Positions 12,658-24,728 of a stretch of 64,000 nucleotides of DNA are shown in pieces. The DNA comes from Saccostrea echinata. Taxonomy: Eukaryota. Below the pieces are notes generated by a model that saw only the letters and a list, made by a program, of their open reading frames with translations, did no database searches and had not been told where the DNA came from. Where the stretch lies: assembly GCF_033153115.1 (NCBI RefSeq), contig NW_026889752.1, positions 13,268,001 through 13,332,000 of the forward strand, read 5' to 3'. A program made the position numbers and the translations under genes. Position 1 is the stretch's first letter; every line of letters begins with the position of its first letter.

Positions 12658-12689
12658 GATTCTTTTTGCCACCCCATGGTACTTCAGCG

Positions 12690-12699
12690 CATGCGCGAT
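12690..12699. promoter_or_regulatory. NRF1-like palindrome GCGCATGCGC upstream of the transposase ATG, just outside the TIR
   Basis: cagcgcatgcgcga at ~12686-12699; a degenerate counterpart gcacgcatgcac lies at 2768-2779, outside the left TIR. Confidence 0.4.
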
Positions 12700-13239
12700 A
12701 TTTAATCCCGCAGTTAAGCAAAAAGGGCTTATTTCGGAATAGTTTGAAGTTTGAAATTTATATAAATGAGAATTTTTTGTCCAGTGTTACGTTTTTAAAG
12801 AAATATAATGGGACAAATATTTGATTTCTGTTTAATATGTGTGCTGGGGGGGGGGGGATCTTGGAAATGAATAAGAAAGTTTTCTTTTAGTTTGGACAAC
12901 CCTTCCATATGTTTTTGTTGTCAAACATTTTTCAGTGAAGACAAAACTAAAAAAAAAAAACTCTTGTCATCCTAGAAATAAACATATTCTGTCACGTGAA
13001 GGCATGATCTCACTTTACAGTTTTTGACAGCCCCTCCCCCCTTCTAGAATCAAATGGCTGTCCCCTGAAAAAATAATCTCTTCTATTACTTTTACATGTA
13101 CTTTAAAATTATAGGCTAAAAACTCTGACATGTAAATATGAATTTCACACAACATGTATTTGAGAATTGAAATTATTTGTCTTCTGGATCATACATTCAC
13201 ACAGTAGGTTTGAAAACAGCTCAGGTGGATTGAAAATAA

Positions 13240-13354
13240 ATTTCATACTAGAATTTCAATCCAATGTTTTCTCGGACGTCCGTGTCGAATTGTACCCGCC
13301 CATTTCATTGTCTATCATTAAACATTTTGACTGTAACAGATTGAAATGACGTAA
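13240..13354 (-). repeat. Right arm of a ~115-bp inverted repeat pair (partner 1363-1479)
   Basis: Reverse complement matches 1363-1479 (core aatgaaatgggcgggtacaa..ttcgacacggacgtccgagaa..cattggattgaaattctag). Confidence 0.9.
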
Positions 13355-13884
13355 TGTTTTGCGGTCTTATTCCATGGATTATTTCAAATTAAAGTAATAG
13401 TTCTAGATCTACTTAATAAATATTTACCTTAAGGTATGTCACTCGTGAGATGAGTTATATCAAGGATTTTTAAGAAGTACATTTTATATAATTAACTATT
13501 CATCTATAGCATGACTCAAAATTGCAAAGAAAATTGGGGTCAGTGTGCATCTTACTGAGCAATGGTACAATTAACTTGACCTTTTTGTACTAAAATTGTA
13601 ACTTTTAGGTTAATCACTAGCTTTAATCTAATCGTATTTTACAAAATGTAAAGGTGGCAATAATTATTACCTTATCGTATGTAAAATAATTTGAATAATA
13701 AATATTATGCAAATTTTAAATGCGCGTAAAGTATTGTATAACCTTTTTTGCACTTAAAAAATCATATTGGGGTATCTGTTGGATATCTACCTTCAAGATT
13801 GTAATGCCTTTTTTGAAAATTCAACAAAGCGTTTCTTGTATAAGCACATTGTGTGTGACAATTTTTCCAAAATCCATGCATATT

Positions 13885-14425
13885 TGACAAAACCTATTCA
13901 TTCTAAGTTAAAGAAGTATATTACTATAGAATAAGGCTTTCTTCCCATAGCTTAAGTATAGAAACAGGAAGATATCAGAAAATAGAAAGAAGCAATAGAA
14001 TATGTCAATTTTGTAATGATCACCGTATCGAAGATGAATATCATTTTTTGCTTGAATGTCCTGTTTATGATTCTTTAAGAAGAAAATATATCAAACCATA
14101 TTATTTCAGATCTCCAAATATGTACAAGCTTACTCAGTTACTCAGCTCTCATGATGTTGGTGTTTTAGTTGGATTAGGGAAATTTATTTTTTATGCAATG
14201 ATATTAAGAAATGATGAATAATTTAATTTATATGCATATTGTGTATAGATATTTTTCATGTAAAATGGAGAGTTTAATGCTTACTGTAATTGTTGGTGTT
14301 GAGGAGTCGGACAGATGGACACTAGGGGTTCCACCCCCGTAGACTCTCGCTATGCGTACATAATTATGTTAATTTTGTGTATACTGATGGGCCGTATGGC
14401 TTAAAGTTGTTTAATAAAGAATTAA
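13885..14425 (+). mobile_element. 5'-truncated CR1/L2-clade non-LTR retrotransposon 3' end
   Basis: Translates as RLSSHSLSIETGRY..RICQFCN..IEDEYHFLLECPVY..LRRKYI (C-terminal zf-RVT-like region), followed by a 3' UTR with a small hairpin and AATAAA. Confidence 0.75.
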
Positions 14426-14947
14426 AGCATTATTAAAAAATCTAGATAGGCAATAAAATATTTTCTTGTATCAAGCTTTTGTATGACTTAAGTGCCGATC
14501 TGTTGAATGTATCATGCCAATAAAATGCAAGAAAAAGTTTAGTTCAGTGATGTAAATTTTGAGATACTGGTTAAAATTTGCGATTTCAGGTGAAAAACAA
14601 GGTCAATTCATATTCACTTCTTTAATATGTATTCATTTTTTGACAAAGTCTGTTGAGTGAATGTGTAAAGTTTGTTTTTAGAATATTAACCGAAACCTAT
14701 ATTAGATATTCCTAGCATTAAATAACGAAAAAAATCTTCGAGTAAAAATATGTAGGGCTAAAGTTCCAAGAAATTAAATCAAACAAATGTGTAAATTTGA
14801 AGAATTATTCAATATTTATTACAATATGTACTATTGTTGATCATATAAATTTCTCTAGAGAATGTGTTTCCATACATTGCAATTGAGAATGTCAAAGCAA
14901 TGATTTCTATATCGATTAAAAAAAATTCCTAGTTTTCCAATACTGGC

Positions 14948-14950
<3 letters not shown>

Positions 14951-14984
<34 letters not shown>

Positions 14985-15025
14985 TGGGGGATAGTGTGTG
15001 TGTGTGAGGGTGTGTGTGTTTGTGT
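14951..15025. repeat. (GA)n and (GT)n microsatellites
   Basis: Directly visible. Confidence 0.95.
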
Positions 15026-16835
15026 AGATTGAATTAAAACACAAATTTTCAATTTTCTGTTAACCTTTATTCCATGAGATGATATTTCCTAGAGTGATTT
15101 GGACCAAGTGATCATAGTTAGGTCATGTCAAAAAAGGTGTGATTAATTACATTCCGGTTCACAGAGAGAAGGAATTTACAATGTGACACATGAGTGTTGG
15201 ATTCCATGAGCTTCAGGTTTTTCACAGATAATTCTTTTTTGTACAGGTCTAAATGTTACATTTATCTCGGTTGAGATTATACTTGATTTGGAAATAATGT
15301 CCTCTGTGAAAAGTCAGTCACAAGACACTGGTTGAAATTTTCCAAAATTAAGAAAAAATTAAAAAAATCTTTTGGTTTGGGGACATCAAAAATAAAGGAT
15401 GACTGCACTTAAGGACATGCGAAAATTGCGACAAAATAAACTTTCAAAACAAGCATTTTTCTTTTAATTGCAGGAATGGTCAACATCTAATCTACAACTT
15501 TGCGTAATTACATTAAATAAAAGTATGTATTTACGAAGTACGAAGCTGTTTTCAAAGGCGGGGGTCATCGCAATTTCTTGAATCTCCGTACGATAATGAG
15601 GACGCCCACTTTTTTACTGACTTTATACATAGTCAGTGCATGTTTGTCTATTGTTCTCCGTTTAACAGTAGGTGTATATTTGCATTAATAATGTTGTGTC
15701 AAAGGGAGATTAATAGACAAACATGCGCTCATAGTTTAAAAGCGAAAAAACTCCTTCTTCTTACATTCACTCTCTCTGTTGTAACCAAGGGCTGTGGCAT
15801 GTTGAATATTATACTTCACCACATGATTTCTTACCTCAGTAAACTTTGTGAATACTAAATTCCGTCACGTGACTTGTAAGATAGCATGTTTTGTGCTAAC
15901 TATAGGACACCGTGCTCGAACACGTTGAATTGTCAGGCATCAATTCAGAATATTCTTTACTTACATGGACGTGCTAATATTGTTAATTTCGTTTTGAAAC
16001 CTTTGTAAATAATGTACTTGTGCCACACAGAATAAAGGGGGAGATGAGAAAGAGTAATCTCGTATTTCTATACACGTCATTGTTATTTATCTAGTCTAAT
16101 TTTAGAGCCATTCTTACAATATTAGCTCCACCTCTCAAGCATACCTAATGTTTAATCAAGGGCAGGTAAGTGTAAATTCTCTATATTTGGAAAGCAGTAA
16201 GGACAAAAAACATAGAATTACTTTATTGTATTACAGTCTAATATCAGTTTAACATTTTAATTCGGTGCCAAATTGACAGAAATCTTTAGTAAATATACAA
16301 AAGTGAAATAAGGTTAAGATATAAAGGCAACAGAAGCGACGTAAAAAGACCCAAAACCCAGCGTTAAGTGCAGTTATCCTTTCACAATATTAGGCTTTTT
16401 GAATTTTTATAAACAGCAAACTTAATCGAATTCATATGAGTTGGTAAAGTTTCAGTGCGAAAAAACTATTAATTTTAACATATTCGTCATTTGGAAAACC
16501 AACACAAAAATTTCTGATAATTACGACACGGAACATGTTGACTCTACATGACTATGAAAATATTCGCATACATGGATAATTTTAAATATTTTACACGGAT
16601 CATTCATTATATATGCTCCCTCTCCCTTTCCTATCACCTCTTCCTCTGAAAAACAAAACCCGTAAACTTAGTTTGAATACTTTCATTCGAGTGCAGAAGT
16701 ACATTTAAAAATAAAATCTGTCAAGGACTAAAATATAGAACACTTTTATCATGTTTACCAGAGCAAATAAATACTGGGAATTCACGTTACTCGTGGTCAT
16801 CATACATAAGGTCAATCACGGTAAACAAGTATATA

Positions 16836-18012
16836 CCCTAAAACCTTGAAAATTAGCCGGATTTAATAATAAGCCGGTTTTGAAAATAAGCCACCTATTT
16901 CTTGCAATGAAAATTACTCGAAAATAAGCCTGATTTGAAAATAAGCCGGTAATGATAGTTCCATTTAGAACACAGTGTTATTTTTAATTACTATATATTT
17001 TATTTTATTATAAACATTCTATGACATAAATAATTTTATTCAACAAAGCACAAGATATTAAAGCACTATTATTTTCTTATTAGCTCACAGAAATCTTGAC
17101 ATTCATTACATGTCGTCTTTATCCTCGCAGAAATAATTTTTTATCAACAATGCACGAGAAACTGTTGAACTTCAGTTTTATAAAATCGACTTAAATCTTT
17201 ATTTAGCAACAGTAATCATGACTGTGTGCATCGCGGTAATCTCTTATTTTCAACAGAGCTCGGGTTATGTTGATAATTAAGTTTTAACAACATTTATATT
17301 TCTTTTTTTAAAAAACTATAATGGACGAAGGTTATAAATCGACCCCAATTATAACAATGAAAATAATCAAAGCCATTGATAATAGGGGTGATGAGAAAAT
17401 TATTAAACAAACATGTACACTCCTTCTCAACAATGGCTTTAATTGGGACGTATACGGGGTTGTTTACATGATCCACTGAGTTATTTAAAATCAAAATAAA
17501 CTTATAAATTGCTTTTTTTTTTTGAAAACCGAGTGTCAGACTGATTTGATACATTACGCAAGCACTTGGCAAAGGAATGTGTAAATGTCTATAAATAACA
17601 TCGTGATATGGCAGCTTGAATATGCAGCTAAAATTAATTTTAACTCGCTTTCCAATATAATTTAACCTTCAACAGATTATAAATTTAACATTTTCAACAA
17701 GTTTACGTTCTTATCATAATTTACTAAGGTTTTAAATATAGCGGTAAACAATAAGAAATTGTCTATGTCTGTTGGTTATGCTACAGTATGTCCGATAGCC
17801 GTGCATATTATACTCGGCCAAATGTGGCAGTTCAAAATCGATCGATTATAATTTATTGTTTAGATAATAAGCCGTGATTATGCTCTCGTCGCTTACCGGT
17901 TTTTGGTTTTGATAATAAGCCGCGATTTGAAAATAAGACGGTTTTGAAAATAAGCCCCCATTTTCTTACCAAAACTTAAAATAAGCCGCGGCTTATTTTC
18001 AAGGTTTTAGGG
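16836..18012. mobile_element. TA-flanked non-autonomous DNA transposon (pogo/Tigger-like)
   Basis: TA|CCCTAAAACCTTGAAAAT..ATTTTCAAGGTTTTAGGG|TA, with repeated subterminal AATAAGCC motifs at both ends. Confidence 0.8.
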
Positions 18013-18087
18013 TATTTATAGTAGAGGAAGAAACCTTTATATAGTATTTACATTCAAACTGATGCAAAATCATCACAGTGGGTCCAG

Positions 18088-18295
18088 CAGACCCGTAGAC
18101 CATAAACTGAGAACAGACATAAGTCAAAATTTTAAAATATAACTTCTGAAATTATTTTTAATAATAAAACACAATTTTCATCATGAATATTATACAAACC
18201 TGCAATTTTTAAAACACATATATCAAATAAAACTCGAGATATTAAAAATTAAAATTCCGATTTAAGTCTGTTCTCAGTTATGGTCTTGAGGCCTG
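18088..18295. mobile_element. MITE, complete copy of the 1509 family
   Basis: TIRs agaccataaactgagaacagac / gtctgttctcagttatggtct; internal AT-rich body similar to 1545-1700. Confidence 0.75.
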
Positions 18296-19544
18296 GGCAA
18301 AGCTCTGGTGGGGGCTCGCCCAGGTACCCAGCTCCCAGGTTTTCGGTGTTTTTTAAGATTAGTTTTGTGAGTTATTTTGCATATTTTTTTGTAAAAAATA
18401 GGAATATCTCTACCCCCCCCCCCAATGATTTATTCATCTTTGCTAAATTATGGGTCACAAAGGAAGGGGGAGGGGCTCTAAATCTAGCTGTCAGTGTGTG
18501 GGGAGCGGTTAGGCAATGGAAATTTGATGTAAATCGAGAGTAAGCCTACAATAATACTGCCATTCTTAATTTAACAGGTGACTGTAAATACAAATTTATA
18601 ATACCGTGGGAATAAATTCAAAATTTTACAATCACATGTATATGACAATACAGTATACTAGTAACCATCTTGTATGAATCTGTGCAATCCATTTCACTGT
18701 GAATTCCAATCCCCCCTTCCCCCATTTTACTTTTTTCTATATATTTGAGCAATCCGAAACCCTGTCTATTCCGACACAAAATTCCCCAGCACATATCGTA
18801 TTAGACAGGTTTCAATGATGAACAAACGTTTTTTAGTTATTGTGCAAACTTTTGTAGAGAACATTGGCAGCCATTTTATTACAGATATCAATGATTTTAT
18901 TAGATTTATACAAAATATATAGGTATAAAATTGACATTTATCTCGGTTGAGATTCGACTTGATATTTGGACTGATGCCTTATGTGAGACAAAAAATTCAA
19001 TCCAAATATCCAATCGAGCAAAATCAACGGAGAATTTCCTGCTAGTTCAAAATGAAGGGATGGGTAGGATATGGCGGTAGGGGTGAACCCTAAAGGTACT
19101 AGTAATTCATCCTTCCTGCATATAGATACCGGTACACCAACAGAAGAAAGCTATTTACTGTAATTTGCTGTAGTGAAAGATATTCTTTGACAGTCTGTAC
19201 TTTGATTTATATGAACAAATGAACGAAGTATAAACCCATTAAAATCGCAGATAAGAAACTTAGCCGATATTGGAAATATCTAGTTAAATTCCGCACACGG
19301 AGTTGGATCAACAGAAATTGAATAAATGTTAATGAATTTTACAAGAGATTGAATTATGTTCATAAAGCCTGGGAAGTAACCAAAGTAGTTATTACAGCGA
19401 TTGTATAATTAGCTGAGTCAATGTACCAACGCAATATTAATGCAGCAATAAATAGTACTCACGACTGACGTTTATTGCTTTTAAAAAATAAAGATTATTC
19501 TACTTTAATGTTTACATAGGAATCGCAGCAGTTTAATCAGAATG

Positions 19545-20080
19545 TCTTAAATTTAACAGACTTCCTGATTTTCTTATCAATCAGTTTATCTTATCTTAAA
19601 TAAGTACTTGATCGCCATGTGACACATGTAAATACTTAACTGGCGAGTAAGAATAATTTAATATATACATTTATATACAAATACTCAACAAATATTTTCG
19701 GAAATCTTATTGCAGACATTATAGTGTCACCGCATTTAACATTTTCTGAAAATAATTTAGTTTGACATCCGTTTGCAATGAAACTACGCATGCCAGTCAG
19801 GTTACAATTTACGCGCTAAACTGTCAATTAATAACCGAGAATCTTATGGTTTTTTCCTAATGGCAATTGATAGTTCATATAAGCACCACCAATGGCATTT
19901 CTTCTATACCCTCTTTGCTGGTTTAGTCTGCACGGATCTTTTGCAGTCTTACGTATTGTACCCGGTTCCCAATTTGCGGTATTCCAGTAACTTCTTGTGG
20001 TGTTAAAAAAACCTCTTTATGATGCTCTATGCATGGTTCACATTTTCTTTCATACATGTTTATCCCAGCAAGTCCATTTT
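19545..20080 (+). pseudogene. Decayed partial duplicate of the GPCR 5' flank and first ~100 codons
   Basis: Colinear with ~22395-22935 (gacttcctgatt.., gtacttgatcgc.., gccagtcaggtt.., tttgctggtttagtc..cacggatct). The ATG region is deleted and the frame is broken by indels. Confidence 0.8.
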
Positions 20081-20231
20081 TGTGTCTCACACATACACAT
20101 ATTTTACAAAAACAAAACAAAAAAACAAAAAAACAAAAACAAAAAACAAAAAAAACCCTCTTTACCCTCTTTTCATTACTCTCCTTTTTTACCATCCCTT
20201 TTTCATATTTTTACCAAAAAATTCTCATTAA

Positions 20232-21090
20232 TATCATATTGGATATTTTACTAAAGAAAGACGTTAATGGCAAGCTTACATCTAAACTTTATGATAAACG
20301 TGATGACTTCAACTTTTCTATCGTCAACTTCCCTTGTCACCACAATCACCTGCAAATGGAGATTATGTCTCCCAGATGATTCGATACCCAAGAGCATGTT
20401 CTACGTAGGCACACTTTCTAATAAATATATCAATTAACAATTACAGTTACTTTCATTCATATGTAGACTCGATATATCTAGGTGAACTCGAAATAAAAGA
20501 CACTACACAGTCTGTCACATCTGTTTCGTATTTGGATGTTTTACTGACTATAGACGACAATGACCAACTAATAACTATACTGAATGATAAACATGATGAC
20601 TTCAGCTTTTCCACTGTCAACTTCCCTGATTTATATAGTAATATGACAAATCACCCGCATATGGTTTAGCAAGAGCATGCTCTGAGTATCATTTTTTAAA
20701 CCAAGGCAAACTATTGACAAATAAGTTGATGTTACAAGGATTTCAACATTCCCATTTGAAGTCAGTTTTCCGCAAATTACATGGTCCTTGTAATGACATT
20801 ATTTGAAAATACATCCTATCAATGGGTCGATTTTTGACTGACATATTCCACATATAACAATTGTTAGGCCAGTGCTTTTATACTTAATTTGACTATTGAA
20901 TACTCTGTCTACCTCATCAATACATAGGGCTCACGGCGGGTTGACCGGTCAACAGGGGATGCTTACTCCTCCTAGGCACCTGATCCCACCTCTGTTGTTT
21001 CCATGGGTTCGTGTTTTTGTCCTGTTCACGGTCTGTTTTGTTTACTGGATTTATGACATTGATCACTGTTCGTTATCTTCACCGTTTACA
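20232..21090 (+). mobile_element. Penelope-like (probably Naiad-type) retroelement RT C-terminal fragments plus conserved 3' end
   Basis: SYLDILL..NGKLTSKLYDKRDDFNFSIVNFP occurs twice (~20235 and ~20525). 3' motif gaccggtcaacaggggatgcttactcctcctaggcacctgatcccacctct. Confidence 0.7.
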
Positions 21091-22612
21091 TACATGTACT
21101 CTAATGACCACGCACGTTACAAGAAATAGATTAAACTAATTGCATGGACAAAAGCGCAAGAAAGCTGTTTTAGTTCTACTAATAATAATATTGATGCTTA
21201 AATCTTTTTGCATGATGACAAATGTTTGGTTCACACATTATTTTAGTTTCAATGTCACCAAACTGCAGTCATTTGAATTCCACTTAGCCGCAAAGATTAG
21301 CAAGGTTTTAATGTTCATAATTTTTAGAGTCATTTAAATTTGTTTAAGAATTAAAATTATATTTGTATTCTTGATTTTTTTTCCAGCTAAAATGAAGGTA
21401 AAACAAGGGACTCTTTTTCCTTGAACACAAAATTTTCAAACATTAAAAAACCCACTTCATTTGGGGTTTTTGACCTTACACACATTGGTCATTTGAAAAA
21501 TGTAATAAAACTTTACATCAGTAATATTTTAGAATTTTTGTTAATTGAAAAGCAATAAAATCTTTACTATGGCGAAATGTTACTAGTCATGAAATACGAC
21601 TATGAAAAAAAGGATGTCTCTTTCATAATTAAGATAGAACCTCGTGCATTTTGCACACTAGAAGATATAAATCTATTCCCATCTGCCTTCCTCCTGAAAA
21701 TAACAGTCAAACCAATGGGTTTGGTTTAGAAAATATATTTGCATTGAGCAGAGTATCTATTGTCAAGGATTGAAATATGAACACCTTTTATCATATTTAT
21801 CAGAGCAATACTGAGAATTCATGTTATTTGTGGTCATCATCATGCTGATTAAATACTCGGTCAAGAATAGGTCATAGCAGAGAAAGTCCTTAGTATTGGC
21901 ATTTTAAATAGTAAAATTTCAGCAAAGGCTTGTGGCCAATTTGTGGTTTTTTTTAAATAGGAAGATAAGTCATCCTCACTTGTTTACTTGTATTTAACAA
22001 TAAGGAAATTTTCTGCTTGGCTTTGCTTTGATCTGAGTTCTGAATTGTTGGGCACGCGGCTCGGCTCGTCTATGGAAATTCGATGTAAACACCTTGACTC
22101 TACTGTATTATTTGCAGACTTTCGTAAAGAGCAAGAGAATCCAACACATGATTTTCAGTATTGCAGTTAAAAAAGAAACTTACTCGACATTGTCAATAGC
22201 TAATTTTAAAATTTCATAAATGAGTTCTACTAGTATTATAGCTGCAGATTTTTATGACATTTACAACACACTGAATAATGTATAACAGAGCTGCTGTTTA
22301 TTGCCTTATAAAACCCTTCTTTATATAAATATTTTAAATTTTTTACACGTATATTTAAATTGGTTCCATGATTTTATTTTAAATAAAAAAATTCTAAATT
22401 TAGTCGACTTCCTGATTGCTTTTAATCAATTAGTTTATCTAATCTGATACCGGTACTTGATCGCTATGTGACACTTGTAAATACTTAACTGGCAAATAAG
22501 AATAATTTAATCTATACATGTTTATACACATACTCAGCATATATTTCGGAAATCCATATATATTGCAGACATTAGTACCGCCTTATTCAATAATTTAGAT
22601 TGACAATCAAAA

Positions 22613-23981
22613 ATGACTTATTATCCTTATGCCGTTTGCAATGAAACTACTGATTTACATGCCAGTCAGGTTCCAACTCATGTGGAAAACTGTCTAGTAA
22701 TAGCAGGGAATCTTATAGCATTTTTCCTTATGGTGATTAATAGTAGGTACCATCAGTGGCATTCCTTTTATATACTCTTTGCTGGTTTAGTCTTCACGGA
22801 TCTCTTGCAGTCTTGCGTATTGTATCCGGTTTCCATTTTGCGTTATACCAGTAACTTCACGTGGTGCTACACGAAGCCTCTTTGTGATGCTGTGTCGTTC
22901 ACATTTTCCTTTACACAGTTATCCTCTGGTGCCATCGTTTCTAGCATGGCCATTGATCGCTATCTGTGTCTCAAACGGACAAACTTTTTACAAAGAGCTA
23001 AGTGCATTCGTTTTAGATATTTTGGCGTCCTTTGTGCCATTTGGTGTTTTGTAGCTCTTGTCTGCAGTCTCCATCTTATTGGCGTCGGAAATAGCCAGCT
23101 CTACTATCCCGGATCATGGTGCTTTATAGATTTTACACAGACATCCATTGGAAATCGTGTGAATTCCCTTATTTACTCTGTATGTGGAATATGTGTGATA
23201 ATTTCAACTTCATTCTCGAACATAGCCTCGGTCATGTTATCGTGTAAAGACAATGAATATAGAGCTAGACTTCTGGAGCAGAACAGGGTGACTGGAGTAT
23301 ATGACAGTCACGTGACTATCTTCCTCGTGGTAGCACTTTTTGTTTACGTGGCATTTTTTGGTCCATTCATTGTAAGTTAACCAAACTTGAAATTATTTTC
23401 AGTCAAATTTTAATTAATGAGACTGGATGGTCAAAAATCACTTAAAAATATGATTTAAACTACTATCGAGTAAGGAAAAAGTCTAACTTATTTCGGCATC
23501 ACATTTCATGCAATTTCTTACATCCTTTTACAAAGCTCTTTACCCCAGATTGCTTACTTTGTGTAAGAATGGTCATGGACACACAAAGTGAAATTGCGAG
23601 GTAAAATGTGAAGATAATGAACAGAAATCAACCTTTAAAGCCAGTAAACAAAACGAATCGTGACTGGGGTAAAACACGGACCCCTGGAAACATCAGAGGT
23701 GGGATCAGGTACCTAGGAGGAGTAGGGATCCCCTGTTGACCTGGTCATATCCGTATGTATTGATCAGGAATACGGAATACTCCCCAGTCAAATTTAGTAT
23801 GAATACTCAAAACAGGAATCAAGGCTTTATTTTTTCCGTTGATGTAGATTGTTTAAACACTTTATATTAAATTTTACTGAAAAATAGTTGTTAAAAGATA
23901 CACGATTTCTCCCTACTTTGAGAATCATTTTTTAAAATTCAGATTTTAACTTGATGCATAGATTTTCCACACCCCCCCCCC

Positions 23982-24023
<42 letters not shown>

Positions 24024-24728
24024 AATACCATGCAGATAAAAAGTTTAGGGAGAGTGCTAAAATAGAATGTGTCTGCTGTCCAATCCCAATCATTTTTGAA
24101 AATAAAATATTGCTTAAATTAAGTAAAAAGCACATAAAAGAGTTTGTTTTACTCATTTGGAATCAGTATTTTTTAAGTCTCATCTGAGAGAATATCACTA
24201 AAACTAGTTGATCCATAAGGTCAGGATTTTTAGTATAGAAGAAAGAATACAGCCTCTTCTACAATAAAACTGACAATTTTATGTTTTTCTTTGAATTCAT
24301 TAGAGTACAAGTTGTAACATTAAGCTCACTAAAAAGCCTGCTCTGTGCTATAGAGATAAGTAATTAGGACTCTGTTGTGATTTACTGACAACTTAAGCAA
24401 GAATTGCTGTCTGCATGGTTTTACTTAGACACTATGTAAGACCACTGTAAGAATTAAACTGTATATCAAAAAACAATATTCAGTACCTGTCAATAAGGAT
24501 GATGACATATATCTATCTTGTTTCTTTACACAGATGGACGTGTTTCTCCATGCTGTTGGCTTGGTGGAGGGCAATGGATCAGTAGAGCTATGGCTGATCA
24601 GACTCAGTTACATGAACTCCATTATTAACCCCTGGCTATACATTGTACTCCGTAAAGAGAGTCTGCTGAAGTTTGTAAGGCTGTATTATTATTGCTGTAG
24701 GTCCTCAGGGGGAAACACTCGAAATTAA
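22613..24728 (+). CDS. Rhodopsin-class GPCR, prostanoid (EP/TP)-receptor-like, ~317 aa, 2 exons
   Basis: Exons 22613-23371 and 24534-24728 (phase 0, intron at the end of TM6 as in prostanoid receptors). GN in TM1, LVFTD in TM2, MAIDRY, ECL2 YYPGSWCF, TM7 NSIINPWLYI. Confidence 0.85.
23600..23800 (-). mobile_element. Penelope-like 3' end fragment in the GPCR intron
   Basis: agaggtgggatcaggtacctaggaggagtagggatcccctgttgac is the reverse complement of the shared 3' motif. Confidence 0.65.

Larger units (their letters stand above)
2791..12675. mobile_element. ISL2EU (IS4EU; PIF/Harbinger-related) autonomous DNA transposon, apparently full length
   Basis: Left end AT|GGGGTGGCAAAA (AT 2789-2790; TIR 2791-2802). 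Right end TTTTGCCACCCC|AT (TIR 12664-12675; AT 12676-12677). Encloses a THAP+DDE_Tnp_4-type transposase and a YqaJ exonuclease gene in convergent orientation. This gene pair, RR..YY termini and a 2-bp AT TSD are characteristic of ISL2EU. Confidence 0.85.

Noticed and set aside
2791-12675. Kolobok (YqaJ-bearing) or P-element assignment
   Set aside because: The transposase motifs are DDE_Tnp_4/ISL2EU type and the TSD is AT, not TTAA or 8 bp.
12672-12677. ATG formed by the TSD plus TIR (and the GTG at 12672) as transposase start
   Set aside because: The ATG at 12677 is out of frame with THAP. The in-frame Met at 12657 matches the usual THAP N-terminus.
23932-24187. Poly-K/poly-F ORFs
   Set aside because: Artefacts of a C-run/A-run homopolymer in the GPCR intron.
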